A stretch of DNA of 64,000 nucleotides from Gemmatimonadales bacterium (GTDB taxonomy: Bacteria; Gemmatimonadota; Gemmatimonadetes; Gemmatimonadales; GWC2-71-9), in the NCBI GenBank assembly GCA_036393515.1, contig DASWGV010000153.1, positions 5,283 to 69,282 on the forward strand, given 5' to 3'. The notes beneath the pieces were generated by a model. It made no database searches. It was not told where the DNA came from and worked only from the letters and a program-made list of their open reading frames with translations. Shown piece after piece: positions 11,353 through 19,500 of the stretch; the first letter of the stretch is position 1; every line of letters starts with the position of its first letter. Both the position numbers and the translations under genes were made by a program.

Positions 11353-11733
11353 ATGAACAAGAAGCAGATGTCTCACCTGGAAAAACGGTTGCTGGAAGAG
11401 CGGGCGCGCGTGCTGAAGGAGCTCGGGCATTACGACGAGTCGTTCAGCGCCACGCTCCAGGGCGCCGACGGTGACCTGTCCTCCTATTCCTTCCACATGG
11501 CCGATCAAGGCACCGACGCCATGGAACGAGAAAAGCAGTTTCTCTTCGCCTCGCAGGAGGGCCGCTACCTGTGGCACGTCAACGAAGCGCTGCGGCGCCT
11601 GTACATGACGCCGGAGAAATACGGCAAGTGTCAGGAATGTGGTGACGAAATAGGTTTTGAGCGGCTCGACGCGCTACCGCACGCGCGCCTGTGTATCAAG
11701 TGCAAGGCCAAAGAAGAAGATGAACGCCGCTAA
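11353..11733 (+). CDS. DksA/TraR family C4-type zinc-finger protein
   Basis: ORF 11353..11733, 126 aa. Coiled-coil N-terminus and CQECGDEIGFERLDALPHARLCIKC four-cysteine finger. Confidence 0.8.
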   Translation: MNKKQMSHLEKRLLEERARVLKELGHYDESFSATLQGADGDLSSYSFHMADQGTDAMEREKQFLFASQEGRYLWHVNEALRRLYMTPEKYGKCQECGDEIGFERLDALPHARLCIKCKAKEEDERR

Positions 11734-12241
11734 CGCTGCCGTGTTCTGGAGCGTTGCCACATCCGTGGTGGCGCTGGACTTTGTAACCAAACGGCTGGCG
11801 GTCGCCTTCTTGTCACACCGGTCGGTTCCCTTGTGGGGGGACTGGCTCAGCTTCCAACTGGTGTATAACCCGGGGGCCGCATTCGGCATTCACGTGGGGC
11901 AGTACTCCCGCTGGGTGTTCATGGTCCTGGCGATTCTCGCGCTGGTGGTGCTGGGCTCCATGGTGCGGCAGACCCCGCCCGACCAGCGGATTCGGCTGGT
12001 CGCGCTCGCGTTGGTATGCGGCGGGGCCGTGGGGAACCTGGTGGACCGGGTGCGCAGCGCCCGCGGTGTGGTGGATTTCGTTGACGTGTGGATTGGGCCG
12101 GTCCACTGGCCCACCTTCAACGTCGCGGACGCGGCGGTGTCGTGTGGTGCCGTGACGCTGGCCATTATCCTCTGGCTCGAGGGTCGGCGGGGAACCGCCG
12201 CCGCCCGGGAGCAGGCGGACGCCGCGGGCCTTTCCTCCTGA
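11720..12241 (+). CDS. lspA: lipoprotein signal peptidase II
   Basis: In-frame part of ORF 11657..12241. ATG 11720 (MNAANAAVFWSV) overlaps the dksA-like gene by 14 nt. Motifs VYNPGAAFG and WPTFNVADAAV plus four hydrophobic segments. Confidence 0.85.
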   Translation: MNAANAAVFWSVATSVVALDFVTKRLAVAFLSHRSVPLWGDWLSFQLVYNPGAAFGIHVGQYSRWVFMVLAILALVVLGSMVRQTPPDQRIRLVALALVCGGAVGNLVDRVRSARGVVDFVDVWIGPVHWPTFNVADAAVSCGAVTLAIILWLEGRRGTAAAREQADAAGLSS

Positions 12242-12278
12242 CGTTCACCGCCCCGGGGGCACGGTCCGCACGCTGCAC

Positions 12279-13262
12279 GTGAGCGTGCCGGTCACCGAGC
12301 GGCTCGATCGCTTCCTGGCGGACCAGTTGGACCTGTCGCGCACGGCGGTCGGTCGCCTGATCGCGCAGGGGATGGTCCTGGTCAACGGGACTTCCACCCG
12401 AGCCTCCCGACCACTCGCCCGTGGCGACCGCGTGGACGTAACGGTTCCGCCGGCCACGGCGGCGCGGACGCTGGCCCCCCACCCCATGGCCTTGAGCATC
12501 CGGTACGAAGACGAGTGGATGCTGGTCGTGGACAAGCCTGCCGGCTTGGTGGTGCATCCCGCACCCGGGCATTGGCACGACACCTTGGTGAATGCGCTGG
12601 TGGCGCGGGGCACGGGGCTGTCAGGCGGGGATGAGGGTCGGCCGGGGATCGTGCACCGCCTGGATAAAGACACCTCCGGCTTGCTGATCGTGGCCAAGAA
12701 CGATGCCGCCCACCGGATGCTGGCGCGCGCTCTGGCGGCGCGGCGGGTGGATCGGGTCTATGCGGCCCTGGTGTGGGGACACGTGTCCCGCCCCCTGGTG
12801 GTGGACGCGCCGCTGGCCCGCCACCCCGTGGATCGCCGGCGCATGGCCGTGCTCGCGGGCGGCCGGCCAGCCCGGTCCGCGGTGGAGCAGGTGGCGCGGT
12901 TCGACGCCTGTGACCTGGTGCGGGTCACGCTCGAGACCGGCCGCACTCATCAGGTCCGAGTGCACCTGGCCCACGTGGGGCACCCGGTGGTGGGCGACCC
13001 GGTGTACGGGGGAGGGGGGCATCGGGGGGTGAGCGGCGCGGGCCGGTCCGGCGCCGCTGCGCTGGAACGGTCGGTGCCCCGCCAGGCGCTCCACGCGGCC
13101 TGGCTGTCCCTGCCCCATCCGGCGTCGGGCGACCGGGTTGAGGTCCGCTCAGAGTGGCCCGCGGATCTTCGCCCGGCTCTGGCCGCCGCGAGCGGTGATC
13201 CGCGATTGGTTGATCGGTCCGAGGTGCTGGACTATCTTGGCTTCTTCGAAAGCCGTTCATGA
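12279..13262 (+). CDS. rluD: 23S rRNA pseudouridine synthase, RluD/RluA family
   Basis: ORF 12279..13262 with a GTG start. S4-like N-terminus (RLDRFLADQL), catalytic HRLDKDTSGLL, and TGRTHQVRVH. Confidence 0.9.
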   Translation: MSVPVTERLDRFLADQLDLSRTAVGRLIAQGMVLVNGTSTRASRPLARGDRVDVTVPPATAARTLAPHPMALSIRYEDEWMLVVDKPAGLVVHPAPGHWHDTLVNALVARGTGLSGGDEGRPGIVHRLDKDTSGLLIVAKNDAAHRMLARALAARRVDRVYAALVWGHVSRPLVVDAPLARHPVDRRRMAVLAGGRPARSAVEQVARFDACDLVRVTLETGRTHQVRVHLAHVGHPVVGDPVYGGGGHRGVSGAGRSGAAALERSVPRQALHAAWLSLPHPASGDRVEVRSEWPADLRPALAAASGDPRLVDRSEVLDYLGFFESRS

Positions 13263-13264
13263 CG

Positions 13265-13293
13265 GGCGGCTGGCGCGCGCGGCGCGCCCCGCC
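13265..13293 (+). terminator. GC-rich hairpin directly after rluD, with no U-tract
   Basis: GGCGCGC (13272-78) pairs with GCGCGCC (13282-88). Five more outer G:C pairs (13265-69 with 13289-93) follow across a 2-nt bulge. The hairpin starts 3 nt after the rluD stop. No T-run follows, so terminator function is uncertain. Confidence 0.25.
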
Positions 13294-13368
13294 GGTTGAC
13301 ATCCCTCCGGCGCCCCTGGGCTTCGCGTCGCTTGGGGCGCCTCACCGTGGCTAATCCGGCGCGCAACC

Positions 13369-16053
13369 GTGGCTGACGGACCCCTGGCGGTGCTGTCTGA
13401 GCGTGACCTGACTGCTCTGCGGTCGTTCGCGCGCCGGATCGACCCGGCGGACGCCGGGGCGCATAACAACCTCGGTGTTCTGTTTTTCCGCAAAGGTCTG
13501 CTGGAGGACGCCGTCGCGGCGTTCGAGCAAGCGCTTGCTTTGGATCCGCGGCTGGACGTGGCGCGGCGCAATCTGGACCTGGCGCAGCGGCAGAATGGGC
13601 GGCTGGACCGCCGGGTGGCGGATCTGCGCGAACGCCTCCGGGTTGCCCCCGACGAGGTCGAAACCCGGCGTGAGCTCGCGCGAGCTTATCTGGCGCTGGA
13701 CCAATACGACGCGACCATCGCGGAGTTGGAAGCCGTCCTGGCCCGAGCACCGGGCGACGCGGGAGCACCGGTTCAACTGGGCCTGGCCGAGAAAGGGCGC
13801 GGCAACCTGGCCGCGGCCACGGACTGGTTCCTGCGGGCGCGTGAGCGCGATCCCTCGAGCAGCGTGGTGCACGCCTGCCTGGGCGGCGTGTTGCACCAGC
13901 GAGGTCTGCTGCACGACGCGCTTGCGGCCCTCCAGCGCGCCGTGGAGCTCAACCCGGATCATGCGGATGCCCATCGGACGCTGGCCTTCGTCTTGGGCGA
14001 CCTGGGGCGCCATGAAGAGGCGCGGGGGGCGACACGGCGCGCCCTCCAGTTGAATCCCGCGTTCGCCCGAGAGGACTCGACCTTGTCGCTGGAGGGCGGC
14101 CCGGCGCTCCGGCGGCGTACGTCGCGCGTGAGCGGAATTCAGATTGCGCCAGGGGCCGCGCTGGCCCATTACAGCCTAGGCCTGACGTTCCGCCAACGGG
14201 GGCATCACGCCGAGGCCCTCAAAGAGTACCGACTCGCTCTGGATGAAGGCGAAGATCGGCACCTTGTGCTGCCGGCGATGGCGGAGGTGCACCTGTTGCG
14301 GCGCGACTTCGCGGCCGCGTTGGAGCTGTATGAACGGCTCGTGGCCGAGACCGTCGATTCCCCCAAACTCTGGAACGAGCGCGGCGTGGTACTGCACCAG
14401 TTGGGGCGGCTGGAGGATGCGGTGGTCTCCTACCGTCGCGCCACGGAAATCGCCCCGGCGTACGCGCTGGCGCGCAACAACCTCGCGGTGGCGCTCTCGG
14501 TGGGTGGTCAGTACGAGGAGGCCGTGGACCAGCTGCGCCGCGTCTTGGAGGACCAGCCGCGGTGGGTAACCGCGGCGGTGAATCTGGGGTTGCTCTTGTC
14601 CCGGGCCGGGCGCCCCCAGCTTGCCCTGCAGGTCTACCGCCAGGCGTCCGAGGCGGAGCCGCCGTCGGCCGCCGCGTGGAACGGCGTCGGATTGGTGTTG
14701 AATGAACTGGGGCGGACGCAGGACGCGCGCAACGCGTTTGCCCGCGCGGTTGAAGCCGATCCCGATTCCGCCGAGGCGCATTACAATCTGAGCTTCGCCC
14801 TCTCGACGCTGGGCGATTTCGACTCGGCGCTGCGGGAGGTGACGCGGGCGCAGCAACTGGACCCCTACTACGTGCCGCAGAAGTTCCAGCTCGCCATCGA
14901 CCTGCAGTTCGAGAACACCACCATCGCCGTCGCTCCGCAGATTTCGGGGGACGTGACGGCGGACTTGGCCCCCGGGCAGCTCACGCTGGACACCAGCGCC
15001 CTGGACGGCCTGTTCCGCGAGTTGGAGCGGCCCCGGGCACGGGCCAGCGGCGTCCGCCGGGAGGATACCTATGCGCTGGCGCGGGACTATCTCGCCAAGG
15101 GGATGCTTGAGCTGGCCAGCGCGGAAACGGCCCGGGCGGCGGCGGCGGGAGCGGATCCCGTGCCCGGGCACCTCTTGGCCGCGGAGATCTTCGTGCGGCG
15201 CGGCTTGCCGGGCGAGGCGCTGGAGCGGTTCCGCGCGGCGCTCGCCGCGGCGCCGACGCAGCGGGATGCCCGGCTCGGCGAAGTGCGGGCGCTCGCCGCG
15301 CTGGGGCGCGCGGCCGAAGGGCTGGAGAACGCGGAGGCCCTGGTCGGCGAGCAGCCGGAGGACGTGGATGCCATGCTGCTCCTGGGGACCTGCCGGTGGG
15401 CCGCTGGCAACCCGGCCGGGGCCCTCGATGCCCTCCGGCGGGCCCGCCAGCGCGCGCCCACGCGCGCCGACGTGCTGAAGCTGGAAGGCGAGATCGCGCT
15501 CGGCACCGGGAACCTCACCACGGCGCAGGAGGCGTTTGAGAACGCGCTGTCGCTGGATCCACGGTTTCTCCAGGTGCACGTGGCGCTGGGCCTGGTGCAC
15601 GAGGCGCGGGAGGATTGGCCGGCCGCGGAACGGTGCTATCGCAACGCCCTGGATGTCCACCCTTCCTACGCGCAGGCCGCCATTGCGCTGGCGGACCTCT
15701 TCCGGCGCACCGGGGCGCCCCGAGCCGCCGTCAACCTGCTGGTGGACGTGTTGACCGCCAATCCTGCCGACGTGGGGGCCCTCTTGGCGCTGGGCCGGTC
15801 CCTGCTGGACGACAATCGCACCGAGGCCGCGCTGGAATCCCTGCGACGGCTGGTCGCGTTCGATGACCGGAACGCCGCGGGCCATTTCTTCCTGGGAATG
15901 GGGCTGGCGCGGCTGCGACAGTACCGCGAAGCGGTCCGGGCGTGGGAACGCGTGGTGAGCATTGACCCCTCCGGGCACCTGGCCCACCAGGCCCGCCGAC
16001 ACGCTCGCACCGCGCTGGACCTGCAGCATATCTTCCGGGCCGACGCGGCATAG
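13369..16053 (+). CDS. large tetratricopeptide-repeat protein (894 aa)
   Basis: ORF 13369..16053 with a GTG start. Repeated 34-aa TPR pattern throughout, e.g. AHNNLGVLFFRKGLLEDAVAAFEQALALDPR and AEAHYNLSFALSTLGDFDSALREVTRAQQLDP. Confidence 0.8.
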   Translation: MADGPLAVLSERDLTALRSFARRIDPADAGAHNNLGVLFFRKGLLEDAVAAFEQALALDPRLDVARRNLDLAQRQNGRLDRRVADLRERLRVAPDEVETRRELARAYLALDQYDATIAELEAVLARAPGDAGAPVQLGLAEKGRGNLAAATDWFLRARERDPSSSVVHACLGGVLHQRGLLHDALAALQRAVELNPDHADAHRTLAFVLGDLGRHEEARGATRRALQLNPAFAREDSTLSLEGGPALRRRTSRVSGIQIAPGAALAHYSLGLTFRQRGHHAEALKEYRLALDEGEDRHLVLPAMAEVHLLRRDFAAALELYERLVAETVDSPKLWNERGVVLHQLGRLEDAVVSYRRATEIAPAYALARNNLAVALSVGGQYEEAVDQLRRVLEDQPRWVTAAVNLGLLLSRAGRPQLALQVYRQASEAEPPSAAAWNGVGLVLNELGRTQDARNAFARAVEADPDSAEAHYNLSFALSTLGDFDSALREVTRAQQLDPYYVPQKFQLAIDLQFENTTIAVAPQISGDVTADLAPGQLTLDTSALDGLFRELERPRARASGVRREDTYALARDYLAKGMLELASAETARAAAAGADPVPGHLLAAEIFVRRGLPGEALERFRAALAAAPTQRDARLGEVRALAALGRAAEGLENAEALVGEQPEDVDAMLLLGTCRWAAGNPAGALDALRRARQRAPTRADVLKLEGEIALGTGNLTTAQEAFENALSLDPRFLQVHVALGLVHEAREDWPAAERCYRNALDVHPSYAQAAIALADLFRRTGAPRAAVNLLVDVLTANPADVGALLALGRSLLDDNRTEAALESLRRLVAFDDRNAAGHFFLGMGLARLRQYREAVRAWERVVSIDPSGHLAHQARRHARTALDLQHIFRADAA

Positions 16054-16057
16054 CGCC

Positions 16058-17212
16058 ATGGCGATCGAGGGCCCGCTCAAGGAACTCGGCATTCACGACG
16101 TCTTTCAGCTCCTCGACGTGAGTCGGAAGACCGGCGTGCTACGCATCGCGTCCCGGCTGCGCCAGAATCAGGGAACGGTCTACTTCGAGCAGGGCGCGGT
16201 CATCTACGCGGAGATCCAGAGCAATCCCCACCGGCTCGGCGAGCTGCTGGTCCGCGCGGGCACCATCACGCCCGCCGACCTGAGCCGCGCCGTGGATGTG
16301 CAACGCCAGGGAGATGGCCGGCGCATGGGCGAGATCCTGGTGGACATCGGCGCGGTCAGCGCGGCTGACCTGGAGCATCACGTCGGGGCCCAGGTGGAGG
16401 AGGTCGTCTTCGAGCTGATGAGCTGGCAGGAGGGGTACTTCTCGTTTCAGGAGGGTCTGCCGCCGGACATCGTCACCACCGGCGTGGTCCGCATCCCCAC
16501 CGAGGCGTTGCTCATGGAGGCCGCGCGCCGGATTGACGAGTGGTCTCGTATCGAGGCCCGGATTCCCCACCTCGGACTGGTGCCGCGCTTCGCCGCGCCG
16601 GACGAAGCCGGGCACGGACAACTGGAGCTGCTGGCGGAGGAGTGGGAGGTTCTGGCGGCGATTGACGGGCAGGCGTCGGTGCGGGATATCGCGTCGGTCT
16701 TGGAGCGACCTGAGTTCGACGTGGCCAAGACGGTCTTTGGACTGGCCAGCGCCGGCGTCATCGCCCTGGAGGACGAGCTGGCGCACACCTTGGCGGCTTC
16801 CGGGGCTTCGGCGGATCTGCAGGAGCTCCTGGAGCGGGCGGAGCAGGCGTTGGCCACCCGGGACTTCGCGGCGGCGCGCGCGGCCGCCGAGGCGGCGGTG
16901 GCGTCCGATCCCCACGAAGCGGCGGCGCATCTCATGCTGGGCCGGGCGTGCGTGGCGCAGCGGCGCGACAGCGAGGCGGAGGAGCACCTGCGGCGCGCGC
17001 TCCGGTTCGATCCGCTCCTCGCCGACGCGCAGCGGTTGCTGGGGGACGCGCTGGCCCGGCAGGGGCGCTTCGGCGAGGCTGTGGAATGGTGGCAGCGATG
17101 GCTCGGGCTCGGTGCCGCCGTGCCCGAGCTGGCCGCCGAGGTGGACCACGTGCAGGAGGCGGTGCACGCGGCTCAGACGCTGGACCTGCTCCTCAAAGTC
17201 CCCCATGGCTGA
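16058..17212 (+). CDS. PATAN/DUF4388-domain protein with C-terminal TPR region
   Basis: In-frame part of ORF 15962..17212. ATG 16058 lies 4 nt after the preceding stop. N-terminus GPLKELGIHDVFQLLDVSRKTGVLRI...TVYFEQGAVIYAE...WQEGYFSF, with a helical insert of two LGE-LLV-G-I-DL type repeats. TPR-like C-terminus. Confidence 0.75.
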   Translation: MAIEGPLKELGIHDVFQLLDVSRKTGVLRIASRLRQNQGTVYFEQGAVIYAEIQSNPHRLGELLVRAGTITPADLSRAVDVQRQGDGRRMGEILVDIGAVSAADLEHHVGAQVEEVVFELMSWQEGYFSFQEGLPPDIVTTGVVRIPTEALLMEAARRIDEWSRIEARIPHLGLVPRFAAPDEAGHGQLELLAEEWEVLAAIDGQASVRDIASVLERPEFDVAKTVFGLASAGVIALEDELAHTLAASGASADLQELLERAEQALATRDFAAARAAAEAAVASDPHEAAAHLMLGRACVAQRRDSEAEEHLRRALRFDPLLADAQRLLGDALARQGRFGEAVEWWQRWLGLGAAVPELAAEVDHVQEAVHAAQTLDLLLKVPHG

Positions 17213-18077
17213 GACCCTGCAGGCGCTCCAGGCGGAACTCCAGCGGGATGCGGCCAGTCTGGCATTCCTGCAGTTGGCGGAGGGGCTCCGCTTGCGCGGC
17301 GACTTGGACGGCGCGGCCCGGGTGGCCCTGGCCGGCCTCGAGCATCACCCCAATCTGGCGGATGCCCACGACGTCTTCGGCCGCATTCTCACGGACGCCG
17401 GGGACTTCGAGCGCGCCGCCGACGAGTGGAGCGTCGCTCTGGCGGTGGACCCGCGGCATGGTGGGGCGCACAAGGGTCTGGGGTTCCTGGGGTATCGGCG
17501 CGGCGACCTCGACGGCGCGCTGGATCACCTGGAGCTGGCGTTGGCTGCGGATCCCACGGATCGCAGCGTGGTCCAGGCCCTGCACGTGGTGCGGTCGGCC
17601 GCACAAGCGGCGGCCGCGGAGCCGCCGCCCGCCGAGCCGGAGACGCGAGTGCCCGGGGCCGCGGCCGGTCCCGCGCCGGCGGGCCCTCCTGCCGTCGAGC
17701 CGCGGGACCAGTTGCCGGGAACCGTGTTCGCCGGGTTCGAGGGCGGCGAACGGGGAATGCTGCTGCTCGACCCGCGCGGGCGAACGCTGGCCGGCGGTCT
17801 GCGGGATGGGAACGGCAGGGACGTGGCCGACGAGGTGGCCGCCTACCTCGCCGGCGTGTCCCAGGAGGCCGAGCGGACGGCCCGGCTTCTGGAGCTCGGT
17901 TCCTGGCGTTGGATCGCGGCGGAAGCGGAGGGTGGGACGCTCCATCTGTCCCGCCCCGCGGACGACGCCTTGTTGCTCCTGGCGCGGGACCGCAGTGTGC
18001 CCGCCGGCCGCATCGGGATCCTGGCGGCGCGGGCGGCAGACGTGGCGCGGCGCTGGTTGGAGGCGCAGCGGATATGA
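17205..18077 (+). CDS. TPR N-terminus fused to a Roadblock/LC7-like C-terminal domain
   Basis: In-frame part of ORF 16533..18077. ATG 17205 overlaps the upstream stop by 8 nt. TPR repeats (ADAHDVFGRILTDAGDFERAADEWSVALAVDPRH), an Ala/Pro linker, then ERGMLLLDPRGRTLAGG...ADEVAAYLAGV...GGTLHLSRPADDALLLLARD, which follows the Roadblock pattern by eye. Confidence 0.65.
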   Translation: MAETLQALQAELQRDAASLAFLQLAEGLRLRGDLDGAARVALAGLEHHPNLADAHDVFGRILTDAGDFERAADEWSVALAVDPRHGGAHKGLGFLGYRRGDLDGALDHLELALAADPTDRSVVQALHVVRSAAQAAAAEPPPAEPETRVPGAAAGPAPAGPPAVEPRDQLPGTVFAGFEGGERGMLLLDPRGRTLAGGLRDGNGRDVADEVAAYLAGVSQEAERTARLLELGSWRWIAAEAEGGTLHLSRPADDALLLLARDRSVPAGRIGILAARAADVARRWLEAQRI

Positions 18078-18424
18078 AGCCGGGATTCCGCTATGTGCTG
18101 GATGCCATCACGCGGATCCGCGGCGTGAACGGCGCCATCCTCGTGGCCGGGGAGGACGGTCTCATTGTGGCGGAGTCGCTCATGGAAGGCGTGCGCGGCA
18201 ACGCGGTCGCCGCGCTGGCCGCCAGTCTGTATCAGCGGTTCCGTCGCGCCACGGAATTCGCGGGTGTTCGGCGGCCGGAATTCCTGCACCTCCAGGCGGC
18301 GGAGGGTTCGCTGCTGGTTGTTCCCGCGCCGAACGATGTTCTGGTCGTGGCGGTCGCCGCGGGCGATATCAATGTGGGGCTGGCGCGGTTGGAGATGATT
18401 CGGGCGTCTGAGGCGATTGCGTGA
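18074..18424 (+). CDS. Roadblock/LC7 domain protein (116 aa)
   Basis: In-frame part of ORF 17426..18424. ATG 18074 overlaps the upstream stop (ATGA). VNGAILVAGEDGLIVAES...AVAALAASLYQ...GSLLVVPAPNDVLVVAVAAGDINVGLARLEM matches the Roadblock/MglB fold pattern. Confidence 0.7.
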   Translation: MKPGFRYVLDAITRIRGVNGAILVAGEDGLIVAESLMEGVRGNAVAALAASLYQRFRRATEFAGVRRPEFLHLQAAEGSLLVVPAPNDVLVVAVAAGDINVGLARLEMIRASEAIA

Positions 18425-18894
18425 CGACCACCCGAGCGGTCGATCCCTGGACGCTAGAGCCGCTCCGCCGGTTTGTGGCCGAGGCGGGCGCCCGGCTGGC
18501 GTTGCTGACCACGCCGGCCGGGCAGGTGATCGCGCAGCACGGTTTCACGCGGGCCGTGGATGTCATGGCGGCGGCCGCGTTGGGCGCGGCCATCGCGGCG
18601 TCCACGGCCGAGATCAATCGGATGCTCGCCGAGCCCACCTTCCGGGCGTTGGCCCACCAGGGAGTGCGCCACGGCATCTATCTCGCGAGCTTCGCCACGC
18701 CACGCGGACCCATGCTGGCCCTCGTGGTCTATGGGTTGGATTCGTCGATCGGGTTGGTGCAGTTGTTCTTCGAAGACCTCGTGCGGGACCTTGCGGCGGC
18801 CGCCCCCCTTCCGGAGGAGCGGCCCAAGACGGTGCTGGCCGCGGACTTCGAACGGGATCTCAACCAGAGCCTCGCCGCGCTCTTCGGACGGTAA
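18421..18894 (+). CDS. mglB: MglB-like Roadblock/LC7 protein (putative GAP partner of MglA)
   Basis: ORF 18421..18894. The GTG start overlaps the upstream stop by 4 nt. ARLALLTTPAGQVIAQHG...AAAALGAAIAAST...IYLASFATPRGPMLALVVYGLDSSIGLVQLFFEDL resembles the MglB core. It sits directly upstream of mglA, as in the mglBA operon. Confidence 0.65.
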   Translation: MTTTRAVDPWTLEPLRRFVAEAGARLALLTTPAGQVIAQHGFTRAVDVMAAAALGAAIAASTAEINRMLAEPTFRALAHQGVRHGIYLASFATPRGPMLALVVYGLDSSIGLVQLFFEDLVRDLAAAAPLPEERPKTVLAADFERDLNQSLAALFGR

Positions 18895-18897
18895 CGG

Positions 18898-19497
18898 ATG
18901 TCCCTGGTCAACTTTACCACCCGCGAGATCACGTGCAAGCTCGTCTACTACGGGCCGGGCCGATCCGGCAAGACCACGAATCTGCAGTACATCTACGGTC
19001 GCGTTCCTGAGGACCGGCGGGGGCGAATGGTCTCGCTGGCGACGCAGACCGACCGGACGCTGTTCTTCGATTTCCTGCCCATTGAGCTGGGCGCCATTTC
19101 CGGATTCAAGACCCGTTTTCAGCTCTACACCGTACCCGGCCAGGTGTACTACAACGCCACCCGTAAGCTCGTGCTCCAGGGTGCCGACGGGTTGGTGTTC
19201 GTCGCCGACAGCCAGGCGCGCCAGCTGGACGAGAACATCGAGAGCATGCAGAACCTGCACGCCAACCTGCTCGAGCAGGGCATGGATATTCGGACGCTGC
19301 CCGCCGTGGTGCAATACAACAAGCAGGATCTTCCGGCGGATCTCGTCCTCACGCCGGCGGAGTTGGACGACGCGATCAACTTCCGGAACTGGCCCAGTTT
19401 TCCCGCGGACGCCTTGAAGGGCCAGGGGGTGTTCGAGACCTTGCGCGCGCTCTCGGAGCGGGTGCTGCGGCGACTGTCCGAGGCGGAGCCGAGCTGA
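18898..19497 (+). CDS. mglA: MglA-type Ras-like small GTPase
   Basis: ORF 18898..19497, 199 aa. Collinear with my memory of Myxococcus MglA: KLVYYGPGRSGKTTNLQYIY (P-loop), TDRTLFFDFLP (intrinsic Arg), LYTVPGQ (Thr in place of Asp in DxxGQ), QYNKQDL (NKxD). Confidence 0.9.
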   Translation: MSLVNFTTREITCKLVYYGPGRSGKTTNLQYIYGRVPEDRRGRMVSLATQTDRTLFFDFLPIELGAISGFKTRFQLYTVPGQVYYNATRKLVLQGADGLVFVADSQARQLDENIESMQNLHANLLEQGMDIRTLPAVVQYNKQDLPADLVLTPAELDDAINFRNWPSFPADALKGQGVFETLRALSERVLRRLSEAEPS

Positions 19498-19500
19498 CGC

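Noticed and set aside
13296-13301. Consensus TTGACA upstream of the large TPR gene as the promoter of the MglA cluster.
   Set aside because: No -10-like hexamer lies at 16-18 nt spacing; the sequence there is GGCTTC. The only A/T-rich hexamer (TAATCC at 13352-57) is too far away. It cannot be supported from sequence alone.
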